Positions 33,601-48,572 are shown, counted from the first letter of the stretch. The stretch: 64,000 nucleotides of DNA from an uncultured Chloroflexia bacterium (GCA_963751345.1 CAVVUS010000011.1:416001-480000); one strand, 5' to 3'. Program-made: numbers and translations. Notes: generated from the sequence alone by a model not told the origin.

Positions 33601-34476
33601 CTACCTGCCCAGGTAGAGGATCACGATGGCCGTCACGCCCCACAGCGCGACGTTTACGAAGGAGGGTCGATCCGCAAACAGGACTTCATCCGGCGCGAGC
33701 GTGCAGTTCTCGGTATGAATGAGGTACTGATACCGGAAGAGACCGTAGATGACGAAGGGGATCGTGAGCATCATCCAGGAGTTCTGGGGGAGGTTGGGCG
33801 CCGAGAAGGTGTACAGGGCGTACGCCACGATCGTTGACGATGTGACCATCGCGATAAGCTGGTCGAGCAGGCTGAGGTTGTAGTTCTTCAGGATGGGGCG
33901 GTGGTTCTCCGCCTCGCCCTCAAGCGCGACCAATTCACCTCGCCGCTTGCTGAGGCCAAGGAAGAGCGCCAACAGCGTTGTGCAGATGTAAAGCCACGGC
34001 GAGATGGTGGCATCCGCCAGGGGGGCGCCCGCGGCCACGCGCAGGACGAACCCGGCGGCAATCGCCATGACGTCGATCAGCACGATATGTTTCAGCACGA
34101 AAGAGTAGGCCAATTGCAGGACCAGATAGCCTGCCAAGGTGACGGCAAACCGCGTATCGAGCTGCCAGGCGGCCAGCAGTGATCCTGCGCCTAAGACGAT
34201 CGCGGCACCTATCGCGAGTTTCGGGGAGAGCTCGCCCGCCGGGAGTGGGCGGCGACGTTTCTTGGGATGCTGCCGGTCCTTTTCGAGATCCACGAGATCG
34301 TTGACCGTGTATACGACGCCCGAGATCAGGCAGAAGAGCGCAAACCCCGCGACCGTTGGCCAGAGGTAGACCGGTTCGAGCAGTTTGACGTCGAAGACCA
34401 GGGCCGCAAAGATGGCCGCGTTCTTCGTCCACTGGTACGGACGCATCGTTTTGAGGAGTGCGAGCAGTTGTCTCAC
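33601..34476 (-). CDS. UbiA-family polyprenyl-phosphate phosphoribosyltransferase (DPPR synthase-like)
   Basis: MRPYQWTKN, YTVNDLVDLEKDRQHPKKRRRP, YSFVLKH..LIDV, GFVLR, KRRGE. Confidence 0.88.
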   Translation of the reverse strand: MRQLLALLKTMRPYQWTKNAAIFAALVFDVKLLEPVYLWPTVAGFALFCLISGVVYTVNDLVDLEKDRQHPKKRRRPLPAGELSPKLAIGAAIVLGAGSLLAAWQLDTRFAVTLAGYLVLQLAYSFVLKHIVLIDVMAIAAGFVLRVAAGAPLADATISPWLYICTTLLALFLGLSKRRGELVALEGEAENHRPILKNYNLSLLDQLIAMVTSSTIVAYALYTFSAPNLPQNSWMMLTIPFVIYGLFRYQYLIHTENCTLAPDEVLFADRPSFVNVALWGVTAIVILYLGR

Positions 34477-34527
34477 GGAGCTATCTCACCTGGGTTGGTT
34501 GTCTAGGCCATAACAGGACACAGCGCA

Positions 34528-34555
34528 ATGATAGCGTGTTCGAAGGGATTGACAA
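34528..34555 (-). promoter_or_regulatory. Putative sigma70 promoter for the ubiA-mvk-ipk operon (TTGTCA-N16-TATCAT)
   Basis: Minus-strand reading. Its -35 overlaps the plus-strand TTGACA at 34549. Confidence 0.5.
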
Positions 34556-34576
34556 CTTGCACCCGGTGGGTATACT
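34549..34576 (+). promoter_or_regulatory. sigma70 promoter P1 (TTGACA-N16-TATACT)
   Basis: TTGACA 34549-34554 and TATACT 34571-34576. Confidence 0.7.
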
Positions 34577-34582
34577 AAATAG

Positions 34583-34800
34583 AGTATAGGTCAACGACGG
34601 TTGGCAACCGGACGATCCTACCGGATCTCGGGGGGCGCTGGCGGGGTTCGCTGATACAGTTCTGCTGATCAAGGTGGGTGGTGGGGCTTTGACAAGCAAC
34701 GATCGGCAGAGAACAAGAGTCATATAACGGACAGGCAGATGTTGACATAACCTGCGGTGGGGAGTTCAGCCCCGCAGGTCTAACGCTGCCTGTCATTTGA
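34583..34800 (+). ncRNA. Candidate structured RNA (sRNA or long rpoC leader), family unassigned
   Basis: Lies between two near-consensus promoters. Hairpins TTCTGCTGATC/GATCGGCAGAG (about 34660-34711) and GACAGGCAG...CCTGCGG..CCGCAGG...CTGCCTGTC (34730-34794). No credible ORF. Confidence 0.35.
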
Positions 34801-34802
34801 CG

Positions 34803-34830
34803 TTGACAACCCCCGCGAGTAGGTTATAAT
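34803..34830 (+). promoter_or_regulatory. sigma70 promoter P2 of rpoC (TTGACA-N16-TATAAT)
   Basis: Perfect consensus hexamers at 34803-34808 and 34825-34830. Confidence 0.8.
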
Positions 34831-34947
34831 ACTGCAGCTATGTCGTAGACACGACTGGTGGGTAATAGGAGCACTGAGAACCATTTTGCTCAGTTGCTCG
34901 TTTTGTTTCTAGGGGCCGTGTGGGTCCGATCTGCTAGGGGAGGAAGA

Positions 34948-39267
<4,320 letters not shown>

Positions 39268-39284
39268 ACATCACAGCTAGATGG

Positions 39285-39315
39285 AGGGGGCGACCGATCG
39301 GTCGCCCCCTTTTTT
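39285..39315 (+). terminator. Intrinsic terminator of rpoC
   Basis: AGGGGGCGACC-GATC-GGTCGCCCCCT then TTTTT. Confidence 0.9.
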
Positions 39316-39339
39316 CGTGGTAGACGGAATCCTGTTCCA

Positions 39340-39367
39340 TGCAACTCTCGTCCGGCATCGTCGTATA
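39340..39367 (+). promoter_or_regulatory. Putative ECF (SigW-like) autoregulatory promoter TGCAAC-N16-CGTATA
   Basis: Matches the AAC/CGT ECF pattern (B. subtilis SigW: TGAAAC-N16-CGTA) directly upstream of an ECF sigma gene. Confidence 0.6.
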
Positions 39368-39437
39368 GACTTATGTATCGGATAGCGGACGGCGTTTCTA
39401 CGCACTCCCACATGTGTGGCGAGTCAGGTTGGAGGCA

Positions 39438-39995
39438 ATGGAAGAAGAGGGCTTTCTCCGGTTAGCGCAACGAGGCGATGAAGAAGCGATTACCCAACTG
39501 GTGGAGACATACCAGAGGAGCGTGTTTGGAGTTTGTTACCGTATGCTGGGCGAGGCCAAAGAGGCCGAGGACGCCACGCAGGAGGCATTGGTGAAGGCGT
39601 TGACGAACCTGCATTCCTACGACATCGACCGTCCCTTCAGGCCGTGGCTGTTGCGGATCGCCTCCAACGAATGTATCGACCGGATCCGGCGCCGAAAGGA
39701 AACGCTCTCCTTGGATGGTATGGGAGAGGATGGCGCGTGGGAGTGGAAAGCAGGAAACAGCCCTAATCCTGAGAGCCAGATGCTCCACGAGGAGCGTCAG
39801 GCCACGGTGCGCGCGATGCTTGACGAGCTCAGTCCGGCGGATCGGACCGTGGTGACCCTGTTCTATTGGGAGAACCTATCCTATGCGGAGATCGAGGAGG
39901 TGACAGGCCTCACAATCTCCGCTATCAAGTCGCGGTTATTCCGGGCCCGCAAGCTTATTGCGGAGCACCTGGTTCAGGAGGAGATCTATGCCTGA
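39438..39995 (+). CDS. ECF RNA polymerase sigma factor (SigW/RpoE-like)
   Basis: AEDATQE, FRPWLLRIASN, LSYAEI...IKSRLFRAR; GGAGG RBS. Confidence 0.94.
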   Translation: MEEEGFLRLAQRGDEEAITQLVETYQRSVFGVCYRMLGEAKEAEDATQEALVKALTNLHSYDIDRPFRPWLLRIASNECIDRIRRRKETLSLDGMGEDGAWEWKAGNSPNPESQMLHEERQATVRAMLDELSPADRTVVTLFYWENLSYAEIEEVTGLTISAIKSRLFRARKLIAEHLVQEEIYA

Positions 39996-40546
39996 GGAAA
40001 CGAAGGGTATCTGGCAAGATATGCACAGCGAGGAATGGTGGGTTCATGTGATTGGAGGGTGCCCTGAGCCCTGATGAACAGGAAGCTTGGGACCGGCATC
40101 TCCTGGGGTGTGTGCAGTGCCAGCGTGAGTGGGCGGCCCTGGCCTCTGTGGATGAGTTTCTGCGCCTCGCCCCGGCGCCACCCCCGCTGTCCCGCGATTT
40201 CACTGCGGTCACGGTGGAGCGGATCGCGCAGAAGCAGCGCCTGCGTCGGCTGCTAAGCTTCATCGCGGGCACGCTGATCGTCGCTGTGGTCGCCGTCGTC
40301 GTGTTCGCTGCATTAGGCTATGCCTACACGTCTATGGAGAGAGGCATCGGCGCGGTGATATTCGCACGCCAGATCCTCTTTCAGTCGCTTGTTCACACCC
40401 TGGTCGGGCTCATAGTGAGTTGGAAGGCAGCACTACCTTTTATCGTGGGGGCGACGGTCGCCGTCTATCTGGTGATGATGCCGAACGGCTTGCTTGTGAC
40501 CGCGGCGCTCTTCTGGTTATCGCGCGGTCGTCGGGTGGAAGCCTGA
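39988..40546 (+). CDS. Zinc-finger (HxxxCxxC) membrane anti-sigma factor; probable frameshift near 40050
   Basis: HLLGCVQC followed by TM segments; ATG overlaps the sigma 3' end. Confidence 0.85.
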
Positions 40547-40583
40547 CAACTCGAAACCCAAAACTGCCTTCTTGGAGGTTCTG

Positions 40584-41753
40584 ATGAAGAGATTCACATT
40601 ATTCACGATCTTGATGGTTGCAGTGGCCTGCGCCCTGGTCGCCTCGCCGGTGCTGGCGGCACCGGCGGTCGCTGCCCCCGTCGCACAGGACAGCGGTGGC
40701 GTTCACTTCGGCGCTTATACACTGGATGCGGGCAACAGCGTCTCAGGCGATCTCGTTGTCCTCGGCGGCCCTGTGTTGCTGCGGTCCAACTCCCAGTTCA
40801 ACGGTGACCTGACCGTCTTTGGCCAGCTCAACATCGAAGAAGGCGCCACATTGGCCGGGCAGTTGGTGGTGTTCGGCTCCGCAGACGTCGCGGGCACCAT
40901 TGACGGCGACGTCTTTGCGATGGATTCGATCGCGTTTCAGAGCACTGCCCACGTTGGGGGGAATGTCTCTGCCGTGGGAAGCGTCGACCAGGCGCCTGGC
41001 GCCGTGATCGAGGGCCAGGTCACGCCGATTGATCGGAGCGGATGGCAGTGGCCCGGCGGGATCACCATCCCTCGCCCTTCTCCGAACCCTGTGACCGGAC
41101 AGACCGGGGGCAACCAAACGCCGCGATGGCTGACGTTCCTATGGAGTGTGGTGCGTGGTGTTGCGAGTGTGGTGATCATGGGGCTGCTGGCCGCAGTGAT
41201 CGCTAGCCTCTGGCCAACACAGTCGGAGAGGGCCGGCCGCGCGATCGAGGAGGCGCCGCTCGCCTCATTCGGGATCGGACTGCTTGGGCTGATCCTTTCC
41301 TTTCTCGCTGCCGTCCTGCTGGCTATCACGATCTGCCTGAGCCCCTTCGCCGTGATCGGTCTGATCATCGTCGGTGTTGGGTTGTTGTTGGGGTGGGTGT
41401 CCCTGGGCCTGGTTCTGGGGCGCCGAATCCTGGTGGGCCTGCTGAACCAGACGACACCCTCGACGGCGGTGGCTGCGGTCGTAGGCACCGTCCTGGTTAC
41501 GTCGCTCCTGGCCATCTCGCGGATCTTCGGGGTCCTCAACGGTCTTCTCGTTTTCCTGCTGGTGCCGCCTGCCGCAGGCGCCGTGATCCTCACGCGGTTC
41601 GGCTCCATGCCATATGCAACGCGGGGAAGCAACGTGACCGTCCATCCTCCGGCTTCTCTCGCGCCGCAGGCACCGGCACCTCCTCCCGCGCCGGTGGCAT
41701 CGACGCCGCCTCAGGAGGAGGCCGCCCCACCGTCTGAAGCGGACGAGGCGTAG
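40584..41753 (+). CDS. Exported bactofilin-like (polymer-forming) beta-helix protein with C-terminal multi-TM region
   Basis: Signal peptide; repeated GDL/GDV/GNV beta-helix turns; about 5 TM helices; Pro-rich tail. Confidence 0.8.
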   Translation: MKRFTLFTILMVAVACALVASPVLAAPAVAAPVAQDSGGVHFGAYTLDAGNSVSGDLVVLGGPVLLRSNSQFNGDLTVFGQLNIEEGATLAGQLVVFGSADVAGTIDGDVFAMDSIAFQSTAHVGGNVSAVGSVDQAPGAVIEGQVTPIDRSGWQWPGGITIPRPSPNPVTGQTGGNQTPRWLTFLWSVVRGVASVVIMGLLAAVIASLWPTQSERAGRAIEEAPLASFGIGLLGLILSFLAAVLLAITICLSPFAVIGLIIVGVGLLLGWVSLGLVLGRRILVGLLNQTTPSTAVAAVVGTVLVTSLLAISRIFGVLNGLLVFLLVPPAAGAVILTRFGSMPYATRGSNVTVHPPASLAPQAPAPPPAPVASTPPQEEAAPPSEADEA

Positions 41754-41804
41754 CCCTTGTAGCTCGAAGGTGCCTGGCAGTGGATGCCAGAAGCCGGAAC
41801 GTTC

Positions 41805-41841
41805 AGCGGCCCGGTATCCGATCGATACCGGGCCGCTTCTT
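41805..41841 (+). terminator. Intrinsic terminator
   Basis: AGCGGCCCGGTATC-CGATC-GATACCGGGCCGCT then TCTT. Confidence 0.78.
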
Positions 41842-41909
41842 GGTTGTTGGCGAGGGGCGCGGGGCTATAATCCTGCGTAACCGTCCGATGACATGAGCGA
41901 AGGAGGGCT

Positions 41910-42641
41910 ATGGACGATCGCTACGCGCGCCAGTTGGTGATACCTGAGATCGGGGAGCCGGGTCAGGCCCGGTTGCGTTTGTCCAGGGTGCTGGTCGTCG
42001 GCGCAGGCGGCCTGGGCTCGCCCATTCTGCTCTACCTTGCCGCGGCGGGGGTGGGCGTGCTGGGCATTGCCGACAACGACAAAGTGGGGCTCTCCAACCT
42101 CAACCGGCAGATTCTCTATACCACCGAGAACCTTGGGCGGAGCAAGGTACTGGCGGCCGTCCAGCGCGTGAGAGCGCTCAACCCCGCCGTCAAAGCCATT
42201 CCCCACGAGGAGCGCGTGCTTCGCGAAAACGGCGTGGCGCTGGTCCGGCAGTACGACCTGGTCGTGGAGGCCAGCGACAACCTGGAGACGAAGAGCCTGA
42301 TGAATGAGCTCTGTGTCGAGGCCGCCATCCCCCTCGTCTGGGCGGCGGTGTCGCGCTTCGAGGGGCAGATGGGTGTCTATCTGCCCGGACACGCCTGTCG
42401 TGGCTGCATCTTCCCGGAGGTTCCGGTGCCCGGCACCTATCCCTCGCCTGCCCAGCTCGGCATCGTCGGGGCCGCCGCAGGCGTGATGGGAGCTTTGGAG
42501 GCCACCGAAGCCCTCAAAGTCCTCCTGGAGATTGGCGAGCCGCTGGTAGACCGAATGCTGCTCTGGGACGGTCTCAACGCCTCGTTCGACGTGGTGACGT
42601 TCGAACGCGACCCGGCCTGTCCCGTCTGCGCAGGCCGATAG
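41910..42641 (+). CDS. HesA/MoeB/ThiF-family adenylyltransferase
   Basis: RYARQ, VVGAGGLGSP, SNLNRQ, SDN, CRGC and CPVC. TATAAT at 41866 and GGAGG RBS. Confidence 0.92.
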   Translation: MDDRYARQLVIPEIGEPGQARLRLSRVLVVGAGGLGSPILLYLAAAGVGVLGIADNDKVGLSNLNRQILYTTENLGRSKVLAAVQRVRALNPAVKAIPHEERVLRENGVALVRQYDLVVEASDNLETKSLMNELCVEAAIPLVWAAVSRFEGQMGVYLPGHACRGCIFPEVPVPGTYPSPAQLGIVGAAAGVMGALEATEALKVLLEIGEPLVDRMLLWDGLNASFDVVTFERDPACPVCAGR

Positions 42642-42729
42642 GTCTCTGTGCCTGGAGTTCTGCTGCTTAGGCTGTTGGTGCCTGGCACCTGAAGCGCCGA
42701 CACCCGCAGTCGAGAGGTCCGTCCCTTCA

Positions 42730-42761
42730 AGTGCCGGGGACTGCCGAAAGTCCCCGGCACT
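42730..42761. terminator. 13-bp hairpin between convergent thiF-like and proS (terminator or REP-like)
   Basis: AGTGCCGGGGACT-GCCGAA-AGTCCCCGGCACT, 9 nt beyond the proS stop. Confidence 0.65.
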
Positions 42762-42769
42762 GATAAGCC

Positions 42770-44220
<1,451 letters not shown>

Positions 44221-44260
44221 TCAGCCTTGTCTTCTGTGGATGGTCTCGGTCGCCCGCCGC

Positions 44261-44929
44261 TCAGCCGTGATGCAGGCCGCCGGCCACCAGATGACCTTGT
44301 TCGTAGTCAATGATGCAGAATGGCTCTACGTTGATGACCTCGGTCTCCCGGTACTGCGTCTGCCATGCAGCCAGTCCATAGCGGTGGTTGTGCCCGTGCA
44401 GCAGCAGGCGCGGGCGGAACCGGCGCATCAGCCTGAGGAAGACCGCGAACCCCCGGTGCGCTCCCTGGCGACTGTCGTGAATGCCCGCCGCCGGCGCGTG
44501 CGTGATCAGGATATCGAGATAGCGTCCGTGAATCGCGCGCATCAGCAGGAGCTGCAGAACCAGGCGCCGGGCACGCCGTCGCATCTCTGCCTCGGTGTAC
44601 TGGTAGGGCTCGCCGGATGAATACCGGATCGAGCCCTCCAATCCCCCGATGATCAGGTCCAGATCCTTGGCGTAGACAACTGCCCGGTCGACGTTCTCCC
44701 AACCGCCGGGACTGTCGACGACCTGCCCCCGTGGCAGTGTGAGCGGCTTGTCGTGGTTCCCGTGGACATAGAACGCATCGCGCACGCGGGTCTGCGTAAC
44801 GACGTATTCCATGTAGTCGTAAGGCAGATCCCCACACCCTACCAGTACGTCGACGGGTCCCGTCAACTGTGGTAGGTTCGCATGATAGAGCGCGCTGCTG
44901 ACCTCGTCGCTGATCGCCAGGATACGCAT
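44261..44929 (-). CDS. Metallophosphoesterase (calcineurin-like)
   Basis: ISD, CGDL, VHGNHD, ITHAP, HGHNH. Confidence 0.9.
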   Translation of the reverse strand: MRILAISDEVSSALYHANLPQLTGPVDVLVGCGDLPYDYMEYVVTQTRVRDAFYVHGNHDKPLTLPRGQVVDSPGGWENVDRAVVYAKDLDLIIGGLEGSIRYSSGEPYQYTEAEMRRRARRLVLQLLLMRAIHGRYLDILITHAPAAGIHDSRQGAHRGFAVFLRLMRRFRPRLLLHGHNHRYGLAAWQTQYRETEVINVEPFCIIDYEQGHLVAGGLHHG

Positions 44930-44973
44930 CTGCTGCCCATTCTGTCGCGCCGATGGCGACCACGATGCTCGGC

Positions 44974-45324
44974 CTAGTCTGCTGTGCCCTCGAGGGCGGC
45001 GTCAGCCGCCTGTGCCCCCGGTCCAAAACGCCTGTAGTTTACCGCCAGCTTGTCGGCAACGGCGCCGGTGAGATCGATCCCCGTTAGATAGGCGAGCTGC
45101 AGCAGATAGAGCATCACGTCTGCTAGCTCCTCGGCAAGCGCATCCGGGTCCGCCGACTCTCCCCACTGGAAGTGCTCCAGCACCTCCGCCGCCTCGAGAG
45201 AGAGTGAGATCGCGATGTTGCGGGGCGACTGTTTGAAACGGGAGTCGGCGCGATACCACCCCATCGCCTCGACGAAGGCATTCATCGCGTCGGTCAGCTC
45301 CTGGATGCTCTTGGCCTCACTCAT
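44974..45324 (-). CDS. MazG-like nucleotide pyrophosphohydrolase
   Basis: SPRNIAISLSLEAAEVLEHFQW...EELADV. Confidence 0.9.
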   Translation of the reverse strand: MSEAKSIQELTDAMNAFVEAMGWYRADSRFKQSPRNIAISLSLEAAEVLEHFQWGESADPDALAEELADVMLYLLQLAYLTGIDLTGAVADKLAVNYRRFGPGAQAADAALEGTAD

Positions 45325-45328
45325 CCGC

Positions 45329-46829
45329 TCACCGCTTCCAGGTGCGCAGCGCCTCGACGAAGAGCCTCACGCCGAACCCCGTGCCCCCTTTGGGCGCGTA
45401 GGGCGTGGCGGTCTCGACCAGACCGAGCCCCGCGATGTCGATGTGCACCCACGGCACCCCATCGGGAGGGAACTTGCTCAGGAAGTACGCAGCCGTGATC
45501 GTGCCTGCAGGTCGCCCGCCGATGTTCTTCATGTCGGCCACGTCGCTCTTGAGTTGTTCTCCGTAAGCCTCGAAGAGGGGCAACGGCCAGACGCGCTCGC
45601 CCGTCATCTCCCCGGCCTGCCGGAGGTGTTCGATCAGAGCGTCGTCGCCCAACACGGCGGCGGCGTGAGCCCCCAGCGCGATGATGCGGCTGCCCGTGAG
45701 CGTCGCGATGTCAAAGATCGCGTCAGGGTTGAACTCGCCGGCATAGGTGAGGGCGTCGGCGAGGATCAGCCGCCCTTCGGCGTCGGTACTGATGATCTCG
45801 ACGGTCAGCCCCTTGAGAGAGCGGAACACGTCTCCCGGCTTGGTGGCCAGGCTGTCCGGCATGTTCTCGGTGACCGGTGCCAGGCCCACAACGTGCAGGG
45901 GGAGGTCCAGCAGCGCGACGGCGCGCAGGGCGCCCAGAACGGCTGCGGCGCCTCCCATATCTCCCTTCATTGCTTCCATGCCCTGGCTCGGCTTGAGCGA
46001 GATACCCCCTGTATCAAAGGTGATGCCTTTGCCCACCAGCACGATCGTTGGCAGATCGGCGCGGCCTGCATTGTGCTCGAGGATGATCATCTGCGCGGGC
46101 TCGTTCCCGCCCTGATTGACGCTGAGCAGGAGATGCATGCCCATAGCTTCCATCGTGGCCTTGTCCAATATGCGCAAAGCTCAGACCCGTAGTGTCGGCG
46201 ACGGTCCGGGCCGCGTCCACCATGTGAAGCGGCGAGGCAATGTTCGCCGGTCGGTTCACCAGGTCGCGTGCCAGCGCCGTGGATTCGGCGATGATGCGCC
46301 CGGTGCGGAGAGCAGTCTCGGTGTTCGCCGGGTCCGCCGCTTGGCTAACGACGACCAGACGTTCGAGATCCGCCCGCTCGCCCTCTCGCTGCGTCTTTAG
46401 CTCGGTGAACCGGTAGCTGCCCAGCAGCGCGCCCTCGGCTGTCGCCTCGATCACACGCTCCGGCGCCTCGTCGAGACCCTCGGACATGACCGGCACGCTC
46501 AACGAGCTGAGCCCGAGGTCGCGGGCCTTGGTCGCCGCCGTCGCTGCCGCTTGCCTGACCCCATCGATCGAGAAGGCAGCTCGCTTGCCCAGCCCGACCA
46601 GGATGACCCGCTTCGCCGGAATCTGCCCGAGTGTGTAGAGCACCAGTGCCTCGTTCCGCTTGCCACGGAAATCGCCGTCTGCAATCAGCGCCGTGATCTC
46701 CTGCCCCAGCGCGCTATCCAACGCCGCCGCCTGTCCTGTCAGCGGGAGCTCCGTAGCCTCAAAAAGGCCGATCGCGACGGCGTCTGTCTGCTGCGCTTCC
46801 AGATCCTGTACACTAGCAATGATGTCCAT
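45329..46829 (-). CDS. pepA: Leucyl aminopeptidase (M17); frameshift near 46180
   Basis: N-terminal domain in ORF 46014-46973 (ARDLVNRPAN). Catalytic GKGITFDTGG, MKGDMGG, STDAEGRL and ATLTG in ORF 45329-46177. Confidence 0.93.
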
Positions 46830-47073
46830 CGAAAGACTCCCTTCGATTGTTGGTCTTCCCGGTAAGGCAATTCGCCCATTATACCACTCCGGTCGCCGAA
46901 CCTTGGCTTTGTTCGTGCCTGAGTCTGCAGGAGCAACGGATGCTGGACGACGGGCTCGCCCCCACAACAGCACTCTAACCCGCGCGGTAGCCCTGTGCAG
47001 GCAACTATGCTATAGTTTGGTATGCAATTGCGCCAATTGCCTCTACTGCCTCCTATACCGATCCGGGTGTGAG

Positions 47074-48138
47074 ATGACCGAAGATAGATCCATACTGACT
47101 CGCCGAGTTGCGGATGCCTGGCTCGAAGCCGTCACCCGCGCCAACCCCCTATTGGATGCCGATGAGGTCCGGGCGCAGCTTAGCGGCATGGCCGCTGATC
47201 TTGTTGCCATTGTGGCAGCCGGGTCGTTTGACGCCGAGGCCGCACGCGCGCTTGGCGCGCGGCTCGTCGAGCTGGACCGGCTTCAGCCTCAGGATCTCGA
47301 GCTGATGCAGCTCAGTCTCGCGCGGTCCCTGATGGGCAGTCCTGAATCCGCTGCTGGACTCCTCCCGGAGGATGCTGCGGTGCCGGACAGAGTCATGCAG
47401 GCCCTCTTGAGCCTGGCGTCCGGTTTCTACACAGCCGCCGCCCAGCGGCTGAGCGAGCGCGAGGTCGTCGCGGTCTCCAAGATCGGGCACGATCTCAAGA
47501 CGCCGATTAACGCCATCACCGGATTCTCGCGCGTGATCCTGAAAGAGATGGATGGGCCGATCACGGAGCTTCAGCGTCAGGATCTCACGTCAATCTACGA
47601 ATCCGGCCAGAAGCTGTTGACGATGGTCAATGACCTCTCCATCGTGCAGAAGCTGGATGCCGCCCAAACCGGCTTCCATGGGAGGCCCTTTCCGGTTGCC
47701 GATCTGCTGGCGGACGTGCTGCGCGTTACGCAGCCGGTAGCGGCGCCCCGGGACTATGTGTTCACCGTCGGAGCTGCAGGCGACCTGGGGTCCCTGGCCC
47801 TGGATGCCACGAGGGTAAGGTGGGTGCTCTTGACCCTCCTCCTGCACGCGATTCGCCATGCCGTGGCCGGTCAGATCTCCCTGATGGCCCGTCGCGATCC
47901 CCAGGACCCCGGATGGCTCGCGGTCGAGGTCTCGTACAGCGTGCCCGAGGGACTGCGCGCGTTTTCCGGGGACGTATTGGGAGCGGGAGACGGGGGTTTC
48001 GACGGGTCCTCCGACCTGGGGCTTGGCGTCTGCAGGCGATTCTGCGAGGAGCTGGGGGGGACCGTCACGCGGACAGGTGCGAGGGGCGTTACCTTCACGG
48101 TTCGTCTGCCCGGCCTGAGCACCGATCCACAGCTCTAG
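47074..48138 (+). CDS. Histidine-kinase-like protein with HisKA and degenerate HATPase
   Basis: GHDLKTPINAITGFS. N-box reads LLTLLLHAIRH, no DxGxG, G2 LGLGVCR. Extended -10 TGCTATAGT at 47008. Confidence 0.8.
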   Translation: MTEDRSILTRRVADAWLEAVTRANPLLDADEVRAQLSGMAADLVAIVAAGSFDAEAARALGARLVELDRLQPQDLELMQLSLARSLMGSPESAAGLLPEDAAVPDRVMQALLSLASGFYTAAAQRLSEREVVAVSKIGHDLKTPINAITGFSRVILKEMDGPITELQRQDLTSIYESGQKLLTMVNDLSIVQKLDAAQTGFHGRPFPVADLLADVLRVTQPVAAPRDYVFTVGAAGDLGSLALDATRVRWVLLTLLLHAIRHAVAGQISLMARRDPQDPGWLAVEVSYSVPEGLRAFSGDVLGAGDGGFDGSSDLGLGVCRRFCEELGGTVTRTGARGVTFTVRLPGLSTDPQL

Positions 48139-48212
48139 TTCGTGCAACTTCCGGACGACGTGCTGCGTAGATATCGATAGACTACACAGACACAAGTCGG
48201 GAGGCACGAAAA

Positions 48213-48572
48213 GTGGAGACAAACATCAAGGTTCTGGGCTGGCTGTATATTGTACTCGGCATTCTGGGCACGCTTGTCGGTGCGCTGGTGCTGGTCATTC
48301 TTCTGGGAAGCGGACTGCTCTCGGGCGATAGGCAGGCTATGGCCATTCTCATGATCGTGGGCGCGGTCGTGGCGGGCGTAGCCGTGATCGTATCCGCACC
48401 CGGGATCGTCGTTGGTGCGGGCTTGCTCAAGTTCCGGCCTTGGGCGAGGGTCTTGGCCCTCGTGTTGGGTTTTCTGAACCTGCCGGGGTTCCCATTGGGC
48501 ACGGTGCTGGGCATCTACACCTTCGTCTCGCTGCTTAACCCGGACGCGGAGGCGGTCTTCGCCGGAAACTGA
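48213..48572 (+). CDS. Small membrane protein (about 3 TM)
   Basis: Hydrophobic ORF with GLLKFRPWAR and PLGTVLGIY motifs; GGAGG RBS. Confidence 0.8.
   Translation: METNIKVLGWLYIVLGILGTLVGALVLVILLGSGLLSGDRQAMAILMIVGAVVAGVAVIVSAPGIVVGAGLLKFRPWARVLALVLGFLNLPGFPLGTVLGIYTFVSLLNPDAEAVFAGN

Noticed and set aside
34583-34800. SRP RNA, RNase P RNA, tmRNA or tRNA assignment for the structured intergenic region
   Set aside because: None of the diagnostic conserved motifs were found on either strand, so it is left as an unassigned candidate.
46660-47073. Long N-terminal extensions of ORFs 46660-48138, 48654-50129, 49973-51007 and 30570-31814
   Set aside because: They overlap divergent genes or promoters. 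Downstream ATGs with RBS or family-typical N-termini fit better.
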